Assembly (NCBI GenBank): GCA_036785375.1
Contig: JAWMAR010000424.1
Location: forward strand, 186,001-250,000
Direction: 5' to 3'
DNA length: 64,000 bases
DNA from: Leucoraja ocellata
Taxonomy: Eukaryota
In this document: in pieces, positions 10,750 to 22,273 of the stretch
How positions within the stretch are numbered: position 1 is the first letter of the stretch
Layout: every line of letters begins with the position of its first letter
The notes under the pieces: generated by a model
What the model was told of the DNA's origin: nothing
Databases searched by the model: none
Seen by the model: only the letters and a program-made list of their open reading frames with translations
Made by a program: the position numbers and the translations under genes

Positions 10750-13457
10750 AGATGCAATTGTGGCAGTTTAAAGCATTGCCTATGGTTTAACATCGGCTCC
10801 TAGGTTATTTACAAAATTGTTAAAACCAGTGTTGGGCCTACTCCGGGCTCAAAATCATATTGTAATGGCCTATTTGAATGATATCCTAATCATAGGCACG
10901 ACTCAGAAATCAGCTGAATTATCTGTTTCAGCTACCAAATGCATGTTTGAGAGTTTGGGGTTTCTCATCCATCCTGTTAAATCCAAATTGATCCTATCCA
11001 GAGTAATTGATTATTTGGGGTTCACCATTAATTCAACTCACATATCTGTGACTCAGCCTCCAGGCAAGAGGCCAGAGTTACTCGAAGCCTGTAGCACGCT
11101 CGTTGATGAGCAACAATCTTCTATTCGGCAGGTTGCTAGTACAATTGGCAAATTAGTGGCTGCTTTTCCAGCCGCACAGTTTGGACCTCTGCATTATCAA
11201 AATTTGCAACGTGCAAAGGAGCACGCACTCAAAAGTCATGCAGGGCATTTTAATAGACTTATGTGGTTACCAGCTGAAACCGTTGCTGAGTTACAATGGT
11301 GGATAGCAAATATTTGGCTTTGCACCGGAAAAAATGCGGATTGACAGACATTCAGTTGTTTTACAAACTGATGTTACTGCTCTAGGATGGGGAGCTACTG
11401 ATACCATCTCCAGCTGTGGTGGCAGATGGAATATGCATGAGGCATTACTTCTTCAATCACATGGTATTAACTATTTAGATTTGTTGGGTGCACTCTATGG
11501 CCTAAAAGCATATTGTACTAATATGCATGATTTGTACGTGCAGCTTCAGATTGACAATACTACAGCAGTAGCATACATTAATCACGTGGGTGGAATCAAA
11601 TCGGTATCATGTGATAAGTTGTCTAACCTTATTTGCCATTGGTGTATTACAAGAAACATCTGGATTTCAGCTATCTACCTACCAGGTAGATTTAACATGG
11701 TGGCGGACACCAGGTCACAAAAATTCAATGACAACACAGAATGGATGTTGAATCATGAAATATTCAAAGAGATTGTCACTCGGTATGGTGTACCAGACTT
11801 TGATTTGTTTACATCCAGATTGAATCACCAGTTACCAAAGTATGTTTCATGGGAACCAGACCCAGGGGCAGTAGCAGTAGATGCATTCTCGCTACACTGG
11901 GGTGGAATGTTTTTATATGCATTTCCCCCATTTTGCCTCATCAAGATCAAGCAGGACTCTGCCACAGGCATTTTGGTAGTTCCCGACTGCCCTACAAAAA
12001 CCATGGTTCTCACCAATTCTAAGATTAAAAACACAGCCTTTTATGGCTATCCCCAAAAGCAGAAGCCTGCTGTTTCATCCCATAACTGGGGAAAATCATC
12101 CACCACATGAGCGTATTAATCTGTTGGTTTGCAGATTCTGATGAGACCGTTCCTGGGGCTTGGACTATCAGGGCGTACGGTGGATGTGATTACTGCGGCC
12201 TGGAGGGATAGCACTAAAAAACAATATATTTCTCATATCAAGAAATGGAAGAAGTTCTGCTTGCAGTCCAATGTTTCATATCACATGACAAGGGTACCTG
12301 ATGTGTTGGAATTTCTTTCCACGTTATATTTTGATGAGGGACTAAGCTTCAGTGCCATCAATAGTGCCTTGTCATCCTACCTCGGGCTCCAGCAACATCT
12401 CTGTCGTTGGCCAGACTAACCCTCAAAGTGGTTATGCTCATGGCACTGGTTTTGTCATGAGCCAGAAGCTTTGACTGGACAGGATGGTTTCATCTGTAAA
12501 CAACGTAACCTTTTATGTTTATGATTTACTTAAGCAGAACAGGTCAAGGACGTCAGGGCTTAAACTTAATTTTATGGCATACCCCATAGACCTTCGCCTC
12601 AGTGTAGTCACGCACTTACAGCAGTACATCAAGGTCACCAAGAACCTCAGAGGCTCTGAATTGGCAATATTCGTCAGTTATAAAAAGCCTCAAAACAAGG
12701 TGTCAGTACTGACCATCTCAAGGTGGTTAAAACAGGTTCCGGTTTGTGCTGGAGTGGACACTGATGTGTTTAAATCTCACTCCACCAGGGCGGCTTCAAC
12801 GTCAGCAGCGGGGGCACAGGACGTCCCTCTCGACCAAATCCTCGCGGCCGCAGGATGGTCCAATGAATTGACGTTTGAGAGGTTCTATCACAAACCTCTT
12901 GCCACACCGGGGTATTTGGGCACTCGATTCTAAATTCTGTTTTATAGCTTTCCCCTGGGACAGAGGGGTCACTATTATTTTCCTTTTTTTGTTAAATAAA
13001 GCATCAACCTGGTTAAGTCTGTATTATGTTGGAATGCTTTAATTGTTATTACTCATCCTGTGCAAACCAAGGCAGTGTGTCACATGGACTCGTATACACG
13101 GCATGAAATCACAGAGCTTTGAAGTCTTCACGGAATTACTCACGTGACTCCGAAGTAAACTAGTAAGATTAATCGAGAACTTACCAGTTTGAGGTTTGAT
13201 CTTTATTTTATGAGGAGTTACATAAGCGATTACATGCTCACCGCTCCAAACCCTCATATCACAAAGGTCATCTGGTAGTTTCTAGGCTTCTAATCTTCCT
13301 ATGTTACTTCAATTACTGTTACCTGTGATTTCACACCGCTGCTTTGAAGATTGACGCGCATGTGGACTGGTGGGGTTCTTCACGTAATCACTCATCGTAA
13401 CTCCTCATAAAATAAAGATCAAACTTCAAACTGGTAAGTTCTCGTTTAATCTTACTA
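10750..13457 (+). mobile_element. DIRS1-type tyrosine-recombinase retrotransposon, 5'-truncated and frameshifted
   Basis: RT (TSAPRLFTK, YLND), RNase H (IDNTTAVAYINH), methyltransferase-like (DLFTSRLN..YAFPPF) and tyrosine recombinase (HSTRAASTS..AAGWS..FERFY). ICR/terminal inverted repeat 13161-13236 versus 13381-13457. Confidence 0.9.
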
Positions 13458-13767
13458 TTAGCATTCATAGCAAAAGGATTTGAGTATAGGAGCAGGGAGG
13501 TTCAACTGCAGTTGTCCAGGGTATTGGTGAGACCACACCTGGAGTATTGTGTACAGTTTTGGTCTCCTAATCTGAGGAAGGACATTCTTGCCATAGAGGG
13601 AGTACAGAGAAGGTTCACCAGACTGATTCCTGGGATGTCAGGACTTTCATATGAAGAAAGACTGGATAGACTCGGTTTGTACTCGCTAGAATTTAGAAGA
13701 TTGAGGGGGCATCTTATAGAAACTTGTGGCTAAAGGGATCAGGGGATATGGAGAGAAGGCAGGTACA
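13458..13767 (+). mobile_element. CR1 ORF2 C-terminal fragment
   Basis: [15 protein letters not shown]...RLGLYSLE, nearly identical to 8680-8945. Confidence 0.85.
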
Positions 13768-14214
13768 AAGGATGCCATCTCTACCACGCTGCACACAGTA
13801 ATCGCGCATCTGGAAAACAAGAACACATACGCCAGAATCCTGTACATTGACTTCAGCTCAGCGTTTAACACCATCATCCCACAGAGACTTGTGGAGAAAC
13901 TAACCCTGCTGGGCCTCAACACCACCCTGTGTCACTGGATCTTGGACTTTCTGACAGAGAGACCGCAGTCAGTCCGTGTTGGCAAGAACACTTCAGGCTC
14001 GATCACGCTGAGCACCGGCTCCCCTCAAGGCTGTGTGCTCAGCCCGCTGTTGTTCACACTGCTCACACATGACTGTGCTGCCAGATTCAGGGACAATAAA
14101 ATCATAAAATTCGCGGACGACACTACAGTGGTGGGACTCATCAGTGGAGATGACGAAACAATGTACAGGGAGGAAGTAGAACAACTGGTGGACTGGTGCG
14201 GCAAAAATAACCTA
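13768..14214 (+). mobile_element. Rex1/Babar LINE reverse transcriptase fragment
   Basis: [51 protein letters not shown]. Confidence 0.85.
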
Positions 14215-15408
14215 GAATAGATTGAGGGGGGATCTTATAGAAACTTACAAAATTCTTAAGGGGTTGGACAGGCTAGATGCAGGAAGATTGTTCCCGATGT
14301 TGGGGAAGTCCAGAACAAGGGATCACAGTTTAAAGATAAAGGGGAAATCTTTTAGGACCGAGATGAGAAAAACATTTTTCACACAGAGTGGTGTATCTTT
14401 GGAATTCTCTGCCACAGAATGTAGTTGAGGCCAGTTCATTGGCTATATTTAAGAGGGAGTTAGATGTGGCCCTTGTGGCTAAAGGGATCAGGGGATATGG
14501 AGAGAAGGCAGGTACAGGATGGATGATCAGCCATGATCATATTGAATGGTGGTGCAGGCTCGAAGGTGCAAATGGCCTACTCCTGCACCTATTTTCTATG
14601 TTTCTATGTTTCTATGATGATGTGGTAAATCGGATTAGTAAGTATGCAGATGACACTAAGATAGGTGGTGTTGTGGATAATGATTTTTAAAGTCTACAGA
14701 GAGATTTAAGCCATTTGGAAGAGTGGGCTGAAAGATGGAGTTTAATGCTGATAAATGTGAGGTGCTACATCTTGGCAGGACAACTCAAAATAGAACGTAC
14801 ATGGTAAATGGTAGCGAATTGAGGAATGCAGTTGAACAGAGGGATCTAGGAATAACTGTGCATAGTTCCCTGAAGGTGGAATCTCATGTAGATAGGGTGG
14901 TAGAGAAATCTTTTGGTGTGCTGGACTTTATAAATCAGAGCATTGAGTATAGAAGTTGGAATGGAATGTTAAAATTGTACAAGTTACAGAGAAAGGTTGA
15001 ACAAGTTAGGTCTTTATTCTTTGGAGCGCAGAAGGTTAAGGGGGGACTTGATAGAAGTCTTTAAAATGATGAGCGGGATAGACAGAGTTGACGTGGATAA
15101 ACTTTTTCCATTGAGAGTAGGGAAGATTCAAACAAGACGACATGATTTGAGAATTAAGGGACAGAAGTTTAGGGGTAACATGAGGGGGAACTTCTTTACT
15201 CAGAGAGTGGTAGCTGAGTGGAATGAACTTCCAGTGGAAATGGTGGAGGCAGGTTCGATTTTATCATTTAAAAATAAATTGGATAGGTATATGGACGGAA
15301 AAGGATTGGAGGGTTATGGTCTGAGTGCAGGTAGATGGGACTAGGTGAGAATAAGTGTTCGGCACAGACTAGAAGGGCCGAGATGGCCTGTTTCCGTGCT
15401 GTAATTGT
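14215..15408 (+). mobile_element. Two adjacent CR1 3' fragments from different families
   Basis: 14215-14616 ends in a TTCTATG tail. 14617-15408 has KYADDTK...RVVAEWN and the 3' UTR of the second family. Confidence 0.85.
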
Positions 15409-15457
15409 TTCCTTATCACATGTTCTTTATATTCTTCATCTAGCAAATCATTCAGTT

Positions 15458-15506
15458 ACTTTCACTTAGTATTGAATTGTACAAAGGTTGATCTGGCCTA
15501 GGAAGT
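15458..15506 (+). promoter_or_regulatory. Candidate promoter: IRF element (ACTTTCACTT) and ETS site (AGGAAGT); repeated at ~22108-22156
   Basis: IRF-consensus-like AAGTGAAAGT (reverse strand) and GGAAGT within 120 bp of the leader ATG. Confidence 0.45.
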
Positions 15507-15574
15507 AAAACAGTGTTTCTTACAATAACCAAACCGTTCATGGATATAAAATGGTGTAAAGGGGTGAAGCAAGG

Positions 15575-15623
15575 ATGAACATTCTGACTCTTTGCAGTGT
15601 GGTCTCATTTATTTCAGCATCAG
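15575..15623 (+). CDS. NCR3LG1: Signal-peptide exon, copy 1, of B7-H6-like gene
   Basis: MNILTLCSVVSFISAS plus G|GTGAAG phase-1 donor. Joins the IgV exon in frame (G+AT = Asp). Confidence 0.65.
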
Positions 15624-16209
15624 GTGAAGTATTACTGATCAGTTTTTCTTACCTTCTCCCTCTCTGTTACACTATACTCTGCACTCAGTTTTATTTCTCT
15701 TTTTGCACTACCTGTTAAACTCATGTTTGGTATGTTTTGTTTAGTTTAGAGATACAGGGCGGAAACATGTCCTTTGGCCCACAGAGTCCGCACCGTCCAG
15801 CGATCCCGTACATTAACACTATCCTACACACACTGTGGACAATTCTTTACACATACACCAAGCTAATGAACCTATAAACCTACACATCTTGGAGTGTGGG
15901 AGGGAAGCGAAAATCTCGCTGAAAACCCACGCAGTCACAGGGAGAATGTAGTCACACAGAAACCCACACAGTCACAGTAGTCGCGATGGAACCCGGGTCT
16001 CCGGTGCTGCAAGCGCTGTAAGGCAGCAACTCTACCGTTGCGCCACCATATGATTGTACACACCTATGTGACATGATCATCCTGGATATCATGCAAAGCA
16101 GAGCTTTGGGCTGTATCGGTACACGTTAAACCAATACTAAAACCAATGCCGTTTTCTTTAAGAGGCATTGGAGGGGAACAAGCAGGAAATGGATGGATAT
16201 AGAACATAT

Positions 16210-19200
16210 AACCATATAACCATATAACAATTACAGCACGGAAACTGGCCATCTCGACCCTTCTAGTCCGTGCCGAACACATAATCTCCCCTAGTCCCAT
16301 ATACCTGCGCTCAGACCATAACCCTCCATTCCCTTCCCATCCATATAACTATCCAATTTATTTTTAAATGATAAAAACGAACCTGCCTCCACCACCTTCA
16401 CTGGAGGCTCATTCCACACAGCTACCACTCTCTGAGTAAAGAAGTTCCCCCTCATGTTACCCCTAAACTTCAGTCCCTTAATTCTCAAGTCATGTCCCCT
16501 TATTTGAATCTTCCCTACTGTCAATGGGAAAAGCTTTTCCATGTCAATTCTGTCTATCCCTCTCATCATTTTAAAAACCTCTATCAAGTCCCCCCTTAAC
16601 CTTCTGCGCTCCAAAGAATAAAGCCCTAACTTGTTCATCCTTTCTCTGTAACTTAGTTGCTGAAACCCAGGCAACATTCTGGTAAATCTCCTCTGTACTC
16701 TCTCTATTTTGTTGACATCCTTCCTATAATTAGGCGACCAAAATTGTACACCATACTCCAGAATTGGCCTCACCAATGCCTTGTACAATTTTAACATTAC
16801 ATCCCAACTTCTATACTCAATGCTCTGATTTATAAAGGCCAGCACACCAAAAGCTTTCTTTACCACCTCATCTACATGAGATTCCACTTTCAGGGAACTG
16901 TGCACAGTTATTCCCAGATCCCTCTGTTCACCTACATTCTTCAATTCCCTACCATTTACCATGTACGTCCTATTTTGATTTGTCCTGCCAAGATGTAGCA
17001 CCTCACATTTATCAGTATTAAACTCCATCTGCCATCTTTCAGCCCACTCTTCCAACTGGCATAAATCTCTCTGTAGACTATGAAACTCTACTTCATTACC
17101 CGCAACCCTACCTATCTTAGTATCATCTGCATACTTACTAATCCAATTTACCACACCATCATCCAGATCATTGATGTACATGACAAACAACAGTGGACCC
17201 AACACAGATCCCTGTGGCACCCCACTCGTCACTGGCCTCCAACCTGACAAACAACCATCCACCATTACTCTCTGGCATCTCCCATTCAGCCACTGTTGAA
17301 TCCATCTTGCTACTCCACCATTAATACCCAACCATTGAACCTTCTTAACCAACCTTCCATGAGGAAACTTGTCAAAGGCCTTACTGAAGTCCATATACAC
17401 AACATCCACTGCTTTACCCTCATCAATTTCCCGAGTAACATCTTCAAAAAATTCAAGAAGATTAGTTAAACATGACCTTCCAGGCACAAATCCATGTTGA
17501 CTGTTCCTAATCAGACCCTGTTTATCCAGATGCTTATATATATTATCTCTAAGTATTCTTTCCGTTAATTTGCCCAATACTGACGCCAAACTACCAGGTC
17601 TATAATTGCTAGGTTTACTCTTAGACCCCTTTTTAAACAATGGAACAACATGCGCAGTACGCCAATCCTCCGGCACTATTCCCGTTTCTAATGACATTTG
17701 AAATATTTCTGCCATAGCCCCTGCTATTTCTACACTAACTTCCCTCAATGTCCTAGGGAATATCCTGTCCGGACCTGGAGACTTATCCACTTTTATATTT
17801 CTCAAAAGTGTCAGTACTTCCTCTTCTTTGATCCTCATAGTTTCCATAGCTACTCTACTTGTTTCCCTTACCTCACATAATTCAATATCCTTCTCCTTGG
17901 TGAATACCGAAGAAAAGAAACTGTTCAATATCTCCCCCATCTCTTTTGGCTCTGCAGATAGTTGGCCACTCTGACTCTCTAATGGACCAATTTTATCCCT
18001 CGTTATCCTTTTGCTATTAATATAGCGGTAGAAACCCTTCGGATTTACTTTTACCTTACTTGCCAAAGCAACCTCATACCTTCTTTTAGCTTTTCTAATT
18101 TCTGTCTTAAGATTCTTTTTACATTCTTTATACTCCTCAAGCACCTCATTTACTCCATGCTGCCTATAACTATTGTAGATCTCCCTCTTTTTCCGAACCA
18201 AGTGTCCAATTTCCCTTGAAAACCATGGCTCTTTACAATTTTTACGATTTCCTTTCAACCGAACAGGGACATAAAGATTCTGTACTCTTAAAATTTCACC
18301 TTTAAATGTACTCCATTTCTCTTCCACATCTTTCCCATAAAACAAACTGTCCCAATTTACTCCTTTTAAATTCTTTCGCATCTCTTCAAAGTTAGCCTTT
18401 CTCCAATCAAAAATCTCAACCCTAGGTCCAGTTTTGTCCCTCTCCATAATTATATTGAAACTAATGGTATTGTGATCACTGGACCTGAACTGTTCCCCAA
18501 CGCATACCTCTGCCACCTGACCCGTCTCATTTCCTAACAGGAGGTCCAGCACCGCCCCTTCTCTAGTAGGTACTTCTATGTATTGTTGCAAAAAACTATC
18601 CTGCACTCATTTTACAAAGTCCAACCCATCCAGCCCATTTACAGAATGTGTTTCCCAGTCTATGTGTGGAAAGTTGAAATCTCCCACAATCACTACCTTG
18701 TGCTTACTACTAATATCTGCAATCTCCTTACATATTTGTTCTTCCAATTCTCGCTCCCCATTTGGCGGTCTATAATACACCCCTATAAATGTTGCTACCC
18801 CTTTCCCATTTCTCAGTTCCACCCAAATAGCCTCCCTAGACGAGCCCTCTAATCTATCCTGCCAAAGCACTGCTGTAATATCTTCCCTGATAAGCAATGC
18901 AACACCTCCACCTCTTGCCCCTCCAATTCTATCACACCTGAAGCAACAAAATCCTGGAGTATTTAGTTTCCAATCACAGCCCTCCTGCAACCATGTTTCA
19001 CTGATCGCCACAACATCATACTTCCAGGTGTCAATCCAGGCTCTAAGTTCATCCACTTTTCTTACAATGCTCCTAGCATTAAAATATACACATTTAAGAA
19101 ACGCACCATCTCTTATTCTCTGATTATTTTCTTTTTCTTCTCTCTCCCCTACATTTTGTGTCAGAGCGCTACCATTCTCTGCCCCCTGCTTCACACACTG

Positions 19201-20306
19201 ATTGCTAGCTTTCCCAACTTGAGTCCCTCCCCCCAACCATACTAGTTTAAAGTCACCCCAGTAGCCTTTGCAAATCTCCCCGCCAGGATATTGGTCCCCC
19301 TTGAGTTCAAGTGCAACCCGTCCTTTCTGTACAGGTCGCACCTTCCCCAAAAGATCCAGAAACTTGAATCCATACCCACTGCACCAGTCCCTCATCCACG
19401 CATTTATCCTCCACCTCGCTCCATTTCTACTCTCACTGTCGCGTGGCACAGGCAGTAATCCTGAGATTGTTACCTTTGCAGTCCTTCTCCTTAACTCTCT
19501 ACCTAACACCCTAAATTCTTCTTTCAGGACCTCTTCTCTTTTTTTTACCTATGTCGTTGGTACCTATATGCACCAAAACCTCAGGCTCCTCTCCCTCCCA
19601 TTTCAGGATTTCTTGGACACGTTCAGACACATCCTTGACCCTGGCACCAGGGAGGCAAACTACCATCCGGGACTCCTGTCTGCGTCCACAGAATCGCCTA
19701 TCCGACCCCCTGACTATAGAGTCCCCTATTACAATTGCCCTCCCCTTCTTTTCCTTACCCTTCTGAGCAACAGGGCCGGTCTTTATGCCAGAGGCCCGGC
19801 CGCTGTCGCCGCCCCCAGGTAGGCTGTCTCCCCCACCCTTACTCAAACATGAGTACTTATTTTCAAGGTGTACAGCCACCGGGGTACTGACCAGTCCCTG
19901 CCTCTGCTCGTTGCCCTTCCTAACTGTGACCCAGTTTTCTGTCTCCCGTGGTCTTGGAGTGACCACCTCCCTGTAACTCCTTTCTATGACCTCCTCGCTC
20001 TCCCTGAGCAGACAGAGGTCATTGAGTTGCTGTTCCAGGTTCCTGACACGGTCCCTTAGGAGCCCTATCTCGACGCAACTTGCGCAGATGTGGACGTCTG
20101 GAGGGCACTCCGACTCCATGACCTCCCACATCTGACATCCAGAACAGTAAACTGCCCTGGCCTTCATTCTCCCCCTTATCCAAATACAATAAAGCCTTAC
20201 AATTACAATACAGATACAATACAAGCCAATCAGCTGCTTCCGCTGGTCCTCTTCCACCGATCAGAGGCTTCCACCAGAATCAGAATCCTTCTCTGGAAGT
20301 GAGATG
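16210..20306 (-). mobile_element. Near full-length young CR1 LINE (ORF1 zinc finger/esterase, ORF2 EN-RT) with few frameshifts
   Basis: ORF1 CSGCQMWE..CASC, GDS and GTND. 771-aa RT segment. 8-bp TSD GAACATAT (16202-16209 and 20307-20314). Empty site present in the duplicate at ~22852. Confidence 0.95.
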
Positions 20307-20456
20307 GAACATATCCAGTTTAAATCGGCATTAATTTAAGGTGGTGGGAAGGAACTGCAGATGCTGGTTAACACCGAAGAGACACAAAATGCTGGAGTAA
20401 TTCAGCGGGTCAGACAGCATCTCTGGAGAGAAGGAATGGAATCAATTTAACATAGC

Positions 20457-20842
20457 GGGAAGGGGTGATCTTATAGAGGTGTACAAAATCACGAGAGGAA
20501 TGGATCAGGTAAATGCACAGAGTCTCTTGCCCGGAGGAGAGGAACCGAGAACCAGAGGATTTAGTTTTAAGGTGAGGAGGGAAAGATTTAATAGGAACCT
20601 GAGCAGTAACTTTTTCATACAAAGGGTGGTGGGTGTATGGAACAAGCTGCCGCGGGAGGTAGTTGAAGCAGGTACTATTGCGACATTTAAGAAACATTTA
20701 GACATGTACATGGATAGGACAGGTTTAGAGGGAAATGGGCTAAACGCAGGCAGATGGGACTAGTGTTGCTGGGACATGTTTGCCGATGTGGGCAAGTTGG
20801 GCTGAAGGGCCTGTTTCCACACTGTATCACTCTATGACTCTA
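20457..20842 (+). mobile_element. Older CR1 3' fragment (duplicated at ~23000-23375)
   Basis: YKITRGMD..RTRG..FFIQRVVGVWNKLP motif and CR1 3' UTR. Confidence 0.75.
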
Positions 20843-21194
20843 TCAAGATTGGCACAGACATTGTGGGCCAAAGGGCCTGTTCCTGCATTGTCTATCATAG
20901 TTACACTTCCATACAGCACAAAAACAGGCCCGTCGGCCTGACTCATGCACACCGACCTAGATGTCCCATCTACACTAGTCGCACCTGCCCGCGTTTGGCC
21001 CATATTCCTCTAAACCTTTTCCCATCCATGTAACTGTACAAATGTCTTTTAAATTTTGTTTTGTAGTACCCGCTTCTTCTACCTCCTCTGGCAGTTTGTT
21101 CCATGCACCCACCATTCTGTGTGAAAATGTTGCTTCTCAAATTTCTATTAAATCTTACCCCTCTCACTTAAACCTCTGTTCCCTGGTTATTGAA

Positions 21195-21606
21195 GATAGA
21201 CACAAAATGCAGGAGTAACGCAACGAGACAGGCAGCATCTCTGGAGAGATGGAATGGGTGACGTTTCAGGGCAAGACCCTTCTTCAGACTGATGTCAGGG
21301 GAGAGGGAGATACATTGATAAGGAAGTGTAAGGTGTGAAAATAGGACAAAGGGAATGTAGATCAAGGACAATGTAGAATAGATCATTGTTCGCTGGTAGA
21401 AGGTAACAACAAAGCAAACAGAGAATAAAATGTAGTTGGAGATGTAAGACTGGTCCGAGAACTGGGAAGGGAGTTGGATGGAGAGAGAGGGAAAGCAAGG
21501 GCTAATTGAAGTTAGAGAAGTCAATGTTCATGCCGCTGGGGTGTAAGCTGCCCAAGCAAAATTGAGGTACTGTTCCTCCAATATGCGCTGGGCCTCACTC
21601 TGACAA
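21195..21606 (-). mobile_element. Penelope-like element 3' end (GIY-YIG C-terminus and terminal repeat with hammerhead core); duplicate at 23728-24195
   Basis: Minus-strand translation QSEAQRILEEQYL.F.LGSLHPSGMN matches the PLE endonuclease end. Contains CTGAAGA-stem-GAAACGTC. Confidence 0.75.
21256..21292 (-). ncRNA. Minimal hammerhead-ribozyme-like motif (Penelope type)
   Basis: CUGAAGA-AGGGucuugCCCU-GAAA-CGUC. Core and stem II intact, stem I only about 2 bp. Same motif at 23789-23825. Confidence 0.5.
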
Positions 21607-22224
21607 CTGACTAAGTTACAAAGAAAGGTTGAACAAGTTAGGTCTTTATTCTTTGGAGCACAGAAGGTTAAGGGGGGACGATAGAAGTCTTTAAAATGAT
21701 GAGAGGGATAGACAGAGTTGACGTGGATAAACTTTTTCCATTGAGAGTAGGGAAGATTCAAACAAGAGGACATGATTTGAGAATTAAGGGACAGAAGTTT
21801 AGGGGTAACATGAGGGGGAACTTCTTTACTCAGTGAGTGGTAGCTGTGTGGAATGAACCTCCAGTGGAAGTGGTGGAGGCAGGTTCGATTTTATCATTTA
21901 AAAATAAATTGGATAGGTATATGGACGGAAAAGGATTGGAGGGTTATGGTCTGAGTGCAGGTAGATGGGACTAGGTGAGAATAAGTGTTCGGCACAGACT
22001 AGAAGGGCCGAGATGGCCTGTTTCTGTGCTGTAATTGTTATATGGTTATAGCTTTACTTTCCTTATCACATGTTCTTTATATTCTTCATCTAGCAAATCA
22101 TTCAGTTACTTTCACTTAGTATTGAATTGTACAAAGGTTGATCTGGCCTAGGAAGTAAAACAGTGTTTCTTACAATAACCAAACCGTTCATGGATATAAA
22201 ATGGTGTAAAGAGGTGAAGCAAGG

Positions 22225-22273
22225 ATGAACATTCTGACTCTTTGCAGTGTGGTCTCATTTATTTCAGCATCAG
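22225..22273 (+). CDS. NCR3LG1: Signal-peptide exon, copy 2, of B7-H6-like gene
   Basis: Same 49-nt coding sequence and donor as 15575-15623. Confidence 0.68.
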
